Notes under the pieces: generated by a model
The model's database searches: none
What the model was told of the DNA's origin: nothing
What the model saw: the letters and a program-made list of their open reading frames with translations, nothing else
Part shown: piece after piece, positions 1 through 12,000 of the stretch
How the letters are laid out: the number at the start of each line of letters is the position of its first letter
Position numbering within the stretch: the first letter of the stretch is position 1
Position numbers and translations under genes: made by a program
Source: Alphaproteobacteria bacterium
GTDB lineage: Bacteria; Pseudomonadota; Alphaproteobacteria; SP197
Assembly (NCBI GenBank): GCA_965204785.1
Contig: OZ242015.1
Coordinates: 2,263,032-2,327,031, forward strand
Direction of reading: 5' to 3'
DNA length: 64,000 nucleotides

Positions 1-3000
1 CCGATTGAGGCAGGTTGGTCACGGTCGGAATGACATCGCCCAGGAAGCCTGAAAGGTTGTCGGTAAATGCGATATCGAAGAAATCGCCGACGCCTGGGCC
101 GGCAATCGTGAACACCATCGTCTGACTGTCGCCCGCTGAAATCGGGTTCGTCCCGAAAGACTTGGTGAACGACAACGGCGCGGCGGGGGTGACGGTCAAC
201 GTGTCGGTTGCCGGGCCGGAATTGCCTGCGTCCGACGTCAAATCGCCGCTGACGTTCGTAGCGGTCGAGGTACCTGTGACCTGGACCGTGACCGCGCAGG
301 CCGCACCGGTCGCGACGGTGCCCCCGCTCAGCGACACCGTCCCGCCGCCCGCCGGGGCCGACACCGTGCCGCCGCAGGTGGTTGACGCATCGGGGGCCCC
401 GGCCACGACCATGCCGTCCGGGAAATCATCGGTGAAGGCCAGCCCGCCAACATCGATCAGGTTCGCCGCATTGTCGATCGTGAAGGTCAGTGTCGAGACC
501 CCGCCAGGATCGACCGTGTCGGGCGAGAACGCCTTGGCGAAGCCCGGTGCCTCGGCCGCAGTGACCGTCAGCGTGGCCTCGGCCGCGCTCGCCGTGGCGA
601 TGCTCGACGTCAGGTCGACTGCCGGGCCGGTCAGCGTTCCCGCCCCGATGGCGCGTACCGTCACCCGGATCTCGCACGTGGCGCCCGCGGCAAGCGTGCC
701 GTCGGAGAAGCCGAGCGTCGTGGCGCCCGCAACCGGGCTGAACGTGCCGCCGCAGCCGTTGACGGCGCCGGGGGTGTCGGCGACGGAAACGCCCGAGGGC
801 AGGGAATCGTCAAACGCCATCTCCGTCATCGCGATGGCGTTGGCCCCGTTGTCGACCGTGAAGACGACCTGCGTTTCCCCGCCCTGCCTGATGGTGTCGG
901 GCGAAAAGACCCTGGCGAAGCCCGGCGCAACCACCGCATCGACCGTCAGCGTCGCTTCGGCGGGTGCGCTGGCGCCCAGCGACGAGGTCACGCTCTGCGT
1001 GGCGTTGGGATAGCTTCCCGCAACCGTGGAGGTCACGTCCACGGCGATCGTGCAGCTCGCACCCGCGTCCAGCCCACCGCCGGTGAAGGTGATGGTGTTG
1101 CCGCCGCCCTGCGCCGTCAGCGTGCCCCCGGTGCAGGTCGTCGACGCATCGGGATCGGAGGCCAGCACGACATCTTCGGGCAGCGTGTCCGACAAGGCAA
1201 CCGACATCGCCGCGAGCGCCGCGCCGTTGTCAAGGCCATAGCTCAGCCGCGAGACCCCGCCCTGATCGACCGTGGCAGGCGAAAACGACATCGAGACCGA
1301 CAGCGGCGCATCGTTCACCGTCAGCGTCGCCGCGGCGCCAGGCGCGTCATCGGGCAGGTCCGACGTCAGGACGCCCGACAGGTTGGACAGCGTGCCGACC
1401 TGCAGAGCCTGCACGTCGACGGAGAGTGTGCAGCTCGCGCCGTCACCGACACTGCCGCCGCTGAAGGCGAGCGAGGTCGCCGACGACACAGGCGCAAACG
1501 TGCCGCCGCAACTGTTGTCCGCGTTGGGCGTCGCGGCCACGACCATGCCGTCCGGGAAGGCATCGTCGAAGGCGAGCGAGCCCACCGCGATGGCGTTCGC
1601 CGCATTGTCGATCGTGAAGCTCAGCCGCGAGACCCCGCCAGGATCGACCGTCGGGGGCGAAAACGCCTTGGCGAAGCCCGGCGCACTGGCCGGCGTGACC
1701 GTCAGCGTCGCTTCGGCGGCGGTCGCCGTGGCGATGCTCGACGTCAGGGCAACCTGCGGGCCGATCAGCGTTCCCGCCTCGATGGCGCGCACCCTCACCC
1801 GGATCTCGCACGTGGCGCCCGCGGCAAGCACGCCGCCGGAAAAGCCGAGCGTCGTGGCGCCCGCAACCGGGCTGAACGTACCGCCGCAGCCGTTGACGGC
1901 GCCGGGCGTGTCGGCAACCGAAACCCCCGAGGGCAGGGAATCGTCAAACGCCATCCCCGTCATCGCGATGGCGTTGGCGCCATTGTCGATCGTGAAGACG
2001 ACCTGCGTTTCTCCGCCCTGCTCGATGGTGTCGGGCGAAAAGACCCTGGCGAAGCCCGGCGCACCGGCCGGCGTGACCGTCAGCGTCGCTTCGGCGGCGG
2101 CGCTGGTGCCCAGCGACGAGATCACACTCTCGGTGTCGTTGGAATAGCTTCCCGCGACCGTGGAGGTCACGTCCACGGCGATCGTGCAGGCGGAGGAGGA
2201 AGAGAGTAAGCCAACCTCGCCGTCGTCCGAATAGGAGACTTCTCTGCCGCCCGCCACCGCCGCCAGCACGCCCCCGGTGCAGGTCGTCTGTGCATTGGGG
2301 GGATCGGCCACCACCACATCGGCGGGCAGCGTGTCGGACAGCAAAATCAACGACGCCCCGACCGCCGCTTCGTTGCGCAACTCATAGGTCAGCCTCGACA
2401 CACCACCAGCCCTGATCGCCGTCGGCTGGAACGACATCGAGACCGACAGCGGCGCCTCGTTCACCATCAGCGTCGCCGAGGCGCCCGGCGTGGCAACGGG
2501 CAGATCCGAGGCCAGGTCGCCCGACGTGCCGGTCAACGCGATGGCCCGCGAAGCCCGCACGTCGACGGAGAGCGTACAGCTTTGCCCGGCCCCGACGAGG
2601 CCGCCGGTGAAGGCAAGCGAGGTCGCCGACGCGGCGGGGGCGAAGGTGCCGCCGCAGGTGGTCGACGCATTGGGGGGCACGGCCACGGCCAGGTCCTCCG
2701 GGAAGTCATCGTCGAAGGCCAGCCCACCCACATCGATCAGGTTCGCCGTATTGTCGATCGTGAAGGTCAGCCGCGAGATCCCGCCCGGATCGACCGTGGC
2801 AGGCGAGAAGACCTTGGCGAAGCCCAGGGCCGCCGCCGCATCGACCGTCAGCGTCGCCTCGGCGGGTGCGCTGGCGCCCAGCGACGAGGTCACGCTGTCC
2901 GTGGCGTTGGGATAGCTTCCCGCGACCGCGGAGGTCACGTCCACGGCGATCGTGCAGCCCGCACCCGCGCCAAGCGACCCGCCGGTGAAGGTGATGGTGT

Positions 3001-6000
3001 TGCCGCCGCCCTGCGCCGTCAGCGTGCCCCCGGTGCAGGTCGTCGACGCATCGGGATCGGAGGCCAGCACGACATCTCCGGGCAGCGTGTCCGACAGAGA
3101 AACCGACGTCGCCCCGACCGCCGCGCCGTTGTCAAGGTCATAGCTCAGCCGCGAGACCCCGCCCTGATCGACCGTGGCAGGCGAAAACGCCAGCGAGACC
3201 GACAGCGGCGCATCGGTGACCGTCAGCGTCGCCGCGGCGCCAGGCGCGTCAACGGGCAGATCCGAGGTCAGGACGCCCGACAGGTTGGACAGCGTGCCGG
3301 CATGCAGAGCCCGCACGTCGACGGAGAGCGTGCAGCTCGCGCCGTCACCGACGCTGCCGCCGCTGAAGGCGAGCGAGGTCGCCGACGCCACAGGCGCAAA
3401 CGTGCCCCCGCAACTGTTGTCCGCGTTGGGCGTCAAGGCCACGACCATGCCGTCCGGGAAGGCATCGTCGAAGGCGAGCGAGCCCACCGCGATGGCGTTC
3501 GCCACGTTGTCGATCGTGAAGCTCAGCCGCGAGACCCCGCCAGGATCGACCGTCGGGGGCGAGAACGTCTTGGCAAAGCCCAGCGCCCCGGCCGCAGTAA
3601 CGGTCAGCGTCGCTTCGGCGGGCGCGCTGGCGCCCAGCGACGAGGTCACGCTCTGCGTGGCGTTGGGATAGCTTCCCGCGACCGTGGAGGTCACGTCCAC
3701 GGCGATCGTGCAGCTCGCACCCGCGCCAAGCTCACCGCCGCTGAAGGTGATGGTGTTGCCGCCGCCCTGCGCCGTCAGCGTGCCCCCGGTGCAGGTCGTC
3801 CGCGCATCGGGATCGGAGGCCAGCACGACATCTCCGGGCAGCGTGTCCGACAGGGCAACCGACGTCGCTCCGACCGCCGCGCCGTTGTCAAGGCCATAGC
3901 TCAGACGCGAGACCCCGCCCTGATCGATCGTCGCCGGCTCGAACGACATCGAGACCGACAGCGGCGCCTCGGTAACCGTCAGCGTCGCCGAGGCGCCAGG
4001 CGCGTCATCGGGCAGGTCCGAGATCAGTTCGCCCGATACGTTCTCCAGCGTCCCGGCCCGCGAAGCCCGAACGTCAACGGAAATCGTGCAGCTTTGCCCG
4101 GCCGCAACGGCGCCCCCGCGCTGCATCACAACGGGGAAGGCCGCGACCGTCGTCAGCGTGCCGCCGCAGGTGGTCACCGCATTGGGGGGCCCGGCCACGT
4201 GCATGCCGTCCGGGAAGGCGTCGTCGAAGGCAAGAGAGCCCACCTCGATGGCGTTCGCCGTATTGTCGATCGTGAAGGTCAGCCGCGAGACCCCGCCCGG
4301 CGCGACCGTGGCCGGCGAGAACGCCTTGGCAAAGACCGGCGCATCCGCGGGTTCGACCGTCAGCGTCGCTTCGGCGGCGGTCGCCGTGGCGATGCTCGAC
4401 GTCAGCTCGACTGCCGGGCCGCTCAGCGTTCCCGCCCCGATGGCGCGCACCCTCACCCGGATCTCGCAGGCCGCACCCGCGGCAAGCGTGCCGTCGGAAA
4501 AGCCGAGCGTCGTGGCGCCTGCAACCGGGCTGAACGTACCGCCGCAGCTGTTGACGGCACCGGGCGTGTCGGCGACGGAAACCCCCGAGGGCAGGGAATC
4601 GTCAAACGCCATCTCCGTCATCCCGATGACGTTGGCCCCGTTGTCGATCGTGAAGACGACCTGCGTTTCTTCGCCCTGCGGGATGGTATCCGGCGAGAAG
4701 ACCCTGGCGAAGCCCGGTGCATCCGCGGCATTGACCGTCAGCGTCGCCGAGGCGGCGGCGCTGGCGCCCAGCGACGAGGTCACGCTCACCGTGTCGTTCC
4801 GGTAGCTTCCGGCAACCGCGGAGGTCACGTCCACGGCGATCGTGCAGGTGCCGCCCGCGTCAAGCGACCCGTCGGAATATTCGAAGCTGGTTCCGCCCGC
4901 CGTTGCCGTCAGCGTGCCCCCGGCGCAGGTCGTCTGCGCATCGGGGGGGTCGGCCAGCACCACATCGTCGGGCAGCGTGTCGGACAGGTCGACCAACGTC
5001 GCCGCAAGCGCCGTACCGTTGCCCAACTCATAGGTCAGCCTCGACACGCCACCGGCCCTGATCGCCGTCGGCTCGAACGCCATCGAGACCGACAGCGGCG
5101 CCTCGTTCACCGTCAGCGTCGCCAAGGCGCCCGGCGTGGCAACGGGCAGGTCCGAGGTCAGGTCGCCCGATACGTTCTCCAGCGTCCCGGCCCGTAGCGC
5201 CTGCACATCGACGAAAAGCGTACAGGTGCCGCCGGCCGCGACATCTCCCCCGCTCAGCGACAGGGTCGTGCCGCCCGTCGGGACCGACACCGTGCCGCCG
5301 CAGTCGTTGTTCGCCGGCCTGGGGGCACTGGCCACGACCATGCCGTCCGGGAAGGCATCGGTGAAGGCGAGAGAGCCCACGGCGATGGCGTTGGCCGCAT
5401 TGTCGATCGTGAAGGTCAGCCGCGAGACCCCGCCAGGATCGACCGTCGGGGGCGAGAACGTCTTGGCGAAGCCCGGCGCACCGGCCGGCGTGACCGTCAG
5501 CGTCGCTTCGGCGGCGGTCGCCGTGGCGATGCTCGACGTCAGGTCGACTTCCGGACCGGTCAGCGTTCCCGCCCCGATGGCGCGCACCCTCACCCGGATC
5601 TCGCAGGCCGCACCCGCGGCAAGCACGCCGTCGGAAAAGCCGAGCGTCGTGGCGCCCGCAACCGGGCTGAACGTACCGCCGCAGCCGTTGACGGCACCGG
5701 GCGTGTCGGCGACGGAAACCCCCGAGGGCAGGGAATCGTCAAACGCCATCCCCGTCATCGCGATGGCGTTGGCGCCATTGTCGATCGTGAAGACGACCTG
5801 CGTTTCCCCGCCCTGCTCGATGGTGTCGGGCGAAAAGACCCTGGCGAAGCCCGGCGCATCCGCCGCAGTGACCGTCAGCGTGGCTTCGGCGGCGGTCGCC
5901 GTGGCGATGTTCGACGTCAGGGCGACTTCCGGACCGGTCAGCGTTCCCGCCCCGATGGCGCGCACCCTCACCCGGATCTCGCAGGCCGCACCCGCGGCAA

Positions 6001-9000
6001 GCGTGCCGTCGGAAAAGCCGAGCGTCGTGGCGCCCGCAACCGGGCTGAACGTACCGCCGCAGCCGTTGACGGCGCCGGGCGTGTCGGCGACGGAAACCCC
6101 CGAGGGCAGGGAATCGTCAAACGCCATCTCCGTCATCGCGATGGCGTTGGCGCCATTGTCGATCGTGAAGACGACCTGCGTTTCCCCGCCCTGCGGGATG
6201 GTATCCGGCGAGAAGACCCTGGCGAAGCCCGGCGCACCGGCCGCATCGACCGTCAGCGTCGCTTCGGCGGGTGCGCTGGCGCCCAGCGACGAGGTCACGC
6301 TGTCCGTGGCGTTGGGATAGCTTCCCGCGACCGTGGAGGTCACGTCGACGGCGATCGTGCAGCTCGCACCCGCGTCCAGCGTCCCGCCGGTGAAGGTGAT
6401 GGTGTTGCCGCCGCCCTGCGCCGTCAGCGTGCCCCCGGTGCAGGTCGTCGACGCATCGGGATCGGAGGCCAGCACGACATCTCCGGGCAGCGTGTCCGAC
6501 AGGGCAACCGCCATCGCTCCGACCGCCGCGCCGTTGTCAAGGCCATAGCTCAGCCGCGAGACCCCGCCCTGATCGATCGTCGCCGGCTCGAACGACACCG
6601 AGACCGACAGTGGCGTCTCGTCCACCGTCAGCGTCGCCGAGGCGCCGGGCGCGTCATCGGGCAGATCGGACGTCAGGACGCCCGACGTGCCGGTCAACGC
6701 GCCGGCCTGCAGCGCCTGCACGTCAACGGAGAGCGTACAGCTTTGCCCGGCCGCGACGCTGCCGCCGGTGAAGGCGAGCGAGGTCGCCGACGCGGCGGGC
6801 GCGAAGGTGCCGCCGCAGGTCGTCGACGCATTGGGCGTCGAGGCCACGGCCAGGCCGGCCGGGAAGGCGTCGTCGAAAGCCAGCCCGCCCACATCGATCA
6901 GGTTCGCCGTATTGTCGATCGTGTAGGTCAGCGTCGAGACAACGCCCGGATTGGTCCTGTCCGGCGAAAACGCCTTGGCGAAGCCCGGCGCACCGGCCGG
7001 CGTGACCGTCAGCGTCGCTTCGGCGGGCGCGCTGGCGCCCAGCGACGAGGTCACGCTGTCCGTGGCGTTGGGATAGCTTCCCGCAACCGTGGAGGTCACG
7101 TCCACGGCGATCGTGCAGCCCGCACCCGCGCCAAGCGACCCGCCGGTGAAGGTGATGGTGCTGCCGCCGCCCTGCGCCGTCAGCGTGCCACCGGTGCAGG
7201 TCGTCTGCGCATCGGGATCGGAGGCCAGCACGACATCTCCGGGCAGCGTGTCAGACAGAGAAACCGACGTCGCCGCGAGCGCCGCGCCGTTGTCAAGGCC
7301 ATAGCTCAGCCGCGAGACCCCGCCCTGATCGACCGTGGCAGGCGAAAACGCCACCGAGACCGACAGCGGCGCATCGGTGACCGTCAGCGTCGCCGCGGCG
7401 CCAGGCGCATCATCGGGCAGATCCGACGTCAGGACGCCCGACAGGTTGGACAGCGTGCCGACCTGCAGAGCCTGCACGTCGACGGAGAGCGTGCAGCTCG
7501 CGCCGTCACCGACGCCGCCGCCGCTGAAGGCGAGCGAGGTCGCCGACGCCACAGGCGCAAACGTACCCCCGCAACTGTTGTCCGCGTTGGGCGTCAAGGC
7601 CACGACCATGCCGTCCGGGAAGGCATCGTCGAAGGCGAGCGAACCCACCGCGATGGCGTTCGCCCCGTTGTCGATCGTGAAGCTCAGCCGCGAGACCCCG
7701 CCAGGATCGACCGTCGGGGGCGAGAACGCCTTGGCGAAGCCCGGCGCACCGGCCGGCGTGACCGTCAGCGTGGCCTCGGCGGCGGTCGCCGTGGCGATGT
7801 TCGACGTCAGCTCGACTGCCGGACCGGTCAGCGTTCCCGCCTCGATGGCGCGTACACTCACCCGGATCTCGCAGGCCGCACCCGCGGCAAGCGTGCCGCC
7901 GGAAAAGCCGAGCGTCGTGGCGCCCGCAACCGGGCTGAACGTGCCGCCGCAGCCGTTGACGACGCCGGGGGTGTCGGCGACGGAAACCCCCGAGGGCAGG
8001 GAATCGTCAAACGCCATCTCCGTCATCGCGATGGCGTTGGCCCCGTTGTCGACCGTGAAGACGACCTGCGTTTCCCCGCCCTGCCTGATGGTGTCGGGCG
8101 AAAAGACCCTGGCGAAGCCCGGCGCACCGGCCGGCGTGACCGTCAGCATCGCTTCGGCGGCGGCGCTGGCGCCCAGCGACGAGGTCACGCTGTCCGTGCT
8201 GTTCGGGTAGCTTCCCGCAATCGCGGAGGTCACGTCGACGGCGATCGTGCAGCTCGCACCCGCGCCAAGCGACCCGCCCGACCAGGAGACTCTGCCGTCG
8301 ACGCCGCTGCTCGATGCCACCTCCAGCCTGCCGCCGGGGCAGGTCGTCTGCAAATTCGGGGGATTGGCCAGCACGACACCGGTGGGCAACGTGTCCGACA
8401 GCGAAACCGACGTCGCCGCGACCGTCGCGTCGTTGTCCAGGCCATAGCTCAGCCGCGAGACCCTGCCCTGATCGACCGTGGCAGGCGAGAACGTCATCGA
8501 GACCGACAGCGGCGCCTCGTTCACCGTCAGGGTCGCCGCGGCGCCAGGCGCGTCATCGGGCAGGTCCGAGGTCAGGACGTCCGACAGGTTGGCCAGCGTG
8601 CCGGCATGCAGAGCCTGTACGTTCACCGAAACCGTGCAGCTCGCGCCGTCGCCGACGCTGCCGCCGCTGAAGACGAGCGAGGTCGCCGACGCGGCGGGCG
8701 CGAAGGTGCCGCCGCAGGTGGTCGACGCATTGGGCGTCGCGGCCACGGCCAGGCCGGCCGGGAAGGCATCGCCGAAAGCCAGCCCGCCAACATCAAACGG
8801 GTTCGCCGCATTGTCGATCGTGAAGGTCAGCGTCGAGACCCCGCCCGGATCGATCGTGGCCGGCGAGAAGACCTTGGCAAAGCCCGGTGCCTCCGCATCC
8901 GCGGGCGGCTCGACCGTCAGCGTCGCTTCGTTGGGCGTGCTGGCGCCCAGCGACGAGGTCACGCTCACCCTGTCGTTCCGGTAACTTCCGACGGCCACGG

Positions 9001-12000
9001 AGGTCACGTCGACGGCGATCGTACAGATGATCTCCAGGTCAAAAGACCCGACCGACCAGGAGATGTCGCTGCCGCCGGCCGGGGCCGTCAGCGTGCCGCC
9101 TAAGGGGCAGCCCGACTGCTGCTGCGCATTGGGGGGATCGGCCACCACGACACCGGCGGGCAACGTATCGGACAGCGAAACCGACTCCGCCGGGAGCAGC
9201 GCCCCCTGGTTGCGCAGCACATAGGTCAACCTGGAGACCCCGCCCTGATCGATCGTCGACGGCGAGAACGACACCGAGACCAACAGTGGCGTCTCGTCCA
9301 CCGTCAGCGTCGCCGAGGCGCCAGGCGCGTCATCGGGCAGATCGGACGTCAGGACGCCCGACGTGCCGGTCAACGCGCCGGCCTGCAGCGCCTCCACGTC
9401 AACGGAGAGCGTACAGCTTTGCCCGGCCGCGACGCTGCCGCCGGAGAAAGCGAGCGAGGTCGCCGACGCGGCGGGCGCGAAGGTGCCGCCGCAGGTGGTC
9501 GCCGCATTGGGCGTCGGGGCCACGGCCAGGCCGGCCGGGAAGGCGTCGTCGAAAGCCAGCCCGCCCACATCGATCAGGTTCGCCGTATTGTCGATCGTGT
9601 AGGTCAGCGTCGAGACAACGCCCGGATTGGTCCTGTCCGGCGAAAACGCCTTGGCGAAGCCCGGCGCCTCGGCCGCATCGACCGTCAGCGTCGCTTCGAC
9701 GGCGGCGCTGGCGCCCAGCGACGAGGTCACGCTGTCCGTGGCGTTCCGGTAACTTCCGGGGACCGCGGAGGTCACGTCGACGGCGACCGTGCAGTTGTCG
9801 CCGTTTGCCTCAATGATCACGGCCGACCAGGAGACTTCGCCGCCGCCGGCCGGGGCCGTCAGCGGGCCAGTAGAGCCGTCAACGCATCTCGACTGCGCAT
9901 TGGGCTCCGAGGCCAGCACGACACCGGTGGGCAACGTGTCGGACAGCGAAACCGACGTCGCCGGGAACGGCGCCTCGTTGCGCAGCACATAGGTCAGCCG
10001 CGAGACCCCGCCCTGATCGATCGTCGACGGCGAGAACGACATCGAGACCGACAGCGGCGTCCCGTTCACCGTCAGCGTCGCCGAGGCGCCAGGCGCGTCA
10101 TCGGGCAGGTCCGAGGTCAGGTCGCCCGACGTGCCGGTCAGCGTGCCGACCTGCAGCGCCTGCACGTCCACGGCGATCGTACAGCTTTGCCCGGCCGCGA
10201 CGCTGCCGCCGGAGAAGACGAGCGAGGTCGCCGCCTCGGCGGGGGCGAAGGTGCCGCCGCAGGTGGTCGCCGCATTGGGCGTCGGGGCCACGGCCAGGCC
10301 GGCCGGGAAGGCATCGGTGAAAGCCAGCCCGCCCACATCGATCAGGTTCGCCGTATTGTCGATCGTGTAGGTCAGCGTCGAGACAACGCCCGGATTGATC
10401 CTGTCCGGCGAAAACGCCTTGGCGAAGCCCGGCGCCTCGGCCGCATCGACCGTCAGCGTCGCTTCGACGGGCGGGCTGGCGCCCAGCGACGAGGTCACGC
10501 TGTCCGTGGCGTTCCGGTAACTTCCGGGGACCGCGGAGGTCACGTCGACGGCGACCGTGCAGTTGTCGCCGTTTGCCTCAATGATCACGGCCGACCAGGA
10601 GACTTCGCCGCCGCCGGCCGGGGCCGTCAGCGGGCCAGTAGAGCCGTCAACGCATCTCGACTGCGCATTGGGCTCCGAGGCCAGCACGACACCGGTGGGC
10701 AACGTGTCGGACAGCGAAACCGACGTCGCCGGGAACGGCGCCTCGTTGCGCAGCACATAGGTCAGGCGCGAGACCCCGCCCTGATCGATCGTCGACGGCG
10801 AGAACGACATCGAGACCGACAGCGGCGTCTCGTTCACCGTCAGCGTCGCCGAGGCGCCAGGCGCGTCATCGGGCAGGTCCGAGGTCAGGTCGCCCGACGT
10901 GCCGGTCAGCGTGCCGACCTGCAGCGCCTGCACGTCCACGGCGATCGTACAGCTTTGCCCGGCCGCGACGCTGCCGCCGGAGAAGACGAGCGAGGTCGCC
11001 GCCTCGGCGGGGGCGAAGGTGCCGCCGCAGGTGGTCGCCGCATTGGGCGTCGGGGCCACGGCCAGGCCGGCCGGGAAGGCATCGGTGAAGGCGAGCGAAC
11101 CCACCGCGATGGCGTTGGCCGTATTGTCGATCGTGTAGGTCAACGTCGAGATCTCGCCCGGATTGATCCTGTCCGGCGAAAACGCCTTGGCGAAGCCCGG
11201 TGCCGCCGCCGCGGGCGGAACGACCGTCAGCGTCGCCGAGGCGCCCGGTGTGGCATCCGGCAGGTCCGAGGTCAGGTCGCCCGACGTGCCGGTCAGCGTG
11301 CCGGCCTGCAGCGCCTGCACGTCCAGGGCGATCGTACAGCTTTGCCCGACCGCGACGCTGCCGCCGGAGAAGGCGAGCGAGGTCGCCGCCCCGGCGGTCG
11401 CGAAGGCCACAAAGCAGTCGGTCACCGCATTGGGCGTCGAGGCCACGGCCAGGCCGGCCGGGAAGTCATCGGTGAAGGCGAGCGAACCCACCGCGATGCC
11501 GTTGGCCGTATTGTCGATCGTGTAGGTCAGCCTGGAAATCCCGCCCGTCTCGACCGTGGCCGGGGAGAAGGCCTTGGAAAAGCCCAATGGCTCGGGCTCG
11601 ATCGGAGTGCCCCGCGAAACGACCGTCAGGGTCGCCGAGGCGCGCGGCCCGGTACCCGGCAGGTCCGAGGTCAGTTCGCCCGACGTGCCGGCCCGCATGC
11701 CGGTCGTCGAGGACAGCACGTCAAGGGAAATCGTGCAGGTCCCGCCGGCCGCAACGGTTCCCCCTGAAAACGTCACATTGCCTGCACCGAATCGATTCCT
11801 CGCTTGCACGGATGGCGTCCCGCAACCCGACGACAACACATTCGGGAGCGCGTTCACCCTCACGGGGAGGAAGTCCGTAAAGGCGAGCGAACCCACCGCG
11901 ATGCCGTTGGCCGTATTGTCGATCGTGTAGGTCAACGTCGAGACCCTGCCCACCTCGATCGTGGCCGGGGAGTAGGCCTTGGAAAAGCCCAACGTTTGGG

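Noticed and set aside
162-8984. Plus-strand Ser/Pro/Val/Ala-rich ORFs (162..1013, 1272..2147, 4086..4805, 5136..6320, 7335..8210 and others) that look superficially like secreted repeat proteins
   Set aside because: They are the codon-for-codon mirror frame of the minus-strand gene (plus TVSVASA is minus AEATLTV). They are broken every ~0.2-1.2 kb and have no signal peptide or conserved domain. The equivalent mirror ORFs over gene 2 lie inside an unbroken 8.5-kb minus-strand ORF.
2582-11767. Very long plus-strand ORFs over giant gene 1 (2582..5197, 871 aa; 6743..9103, 786 aa; 9419..11767, 782 aa)
   Set aside because: Their translations are Arg/Gly/Asp-rich low-complexity sequence (RRGRRRGGGEGAAAGGRRIG...), typical of an off-frame read of GC-rich DNA. 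They are antisense to a frame that encodes recognisable DUF11 modules and a signal peptide. Because the DNA is tandemly repeated, one stop-free unit makes the whole array stop-free.
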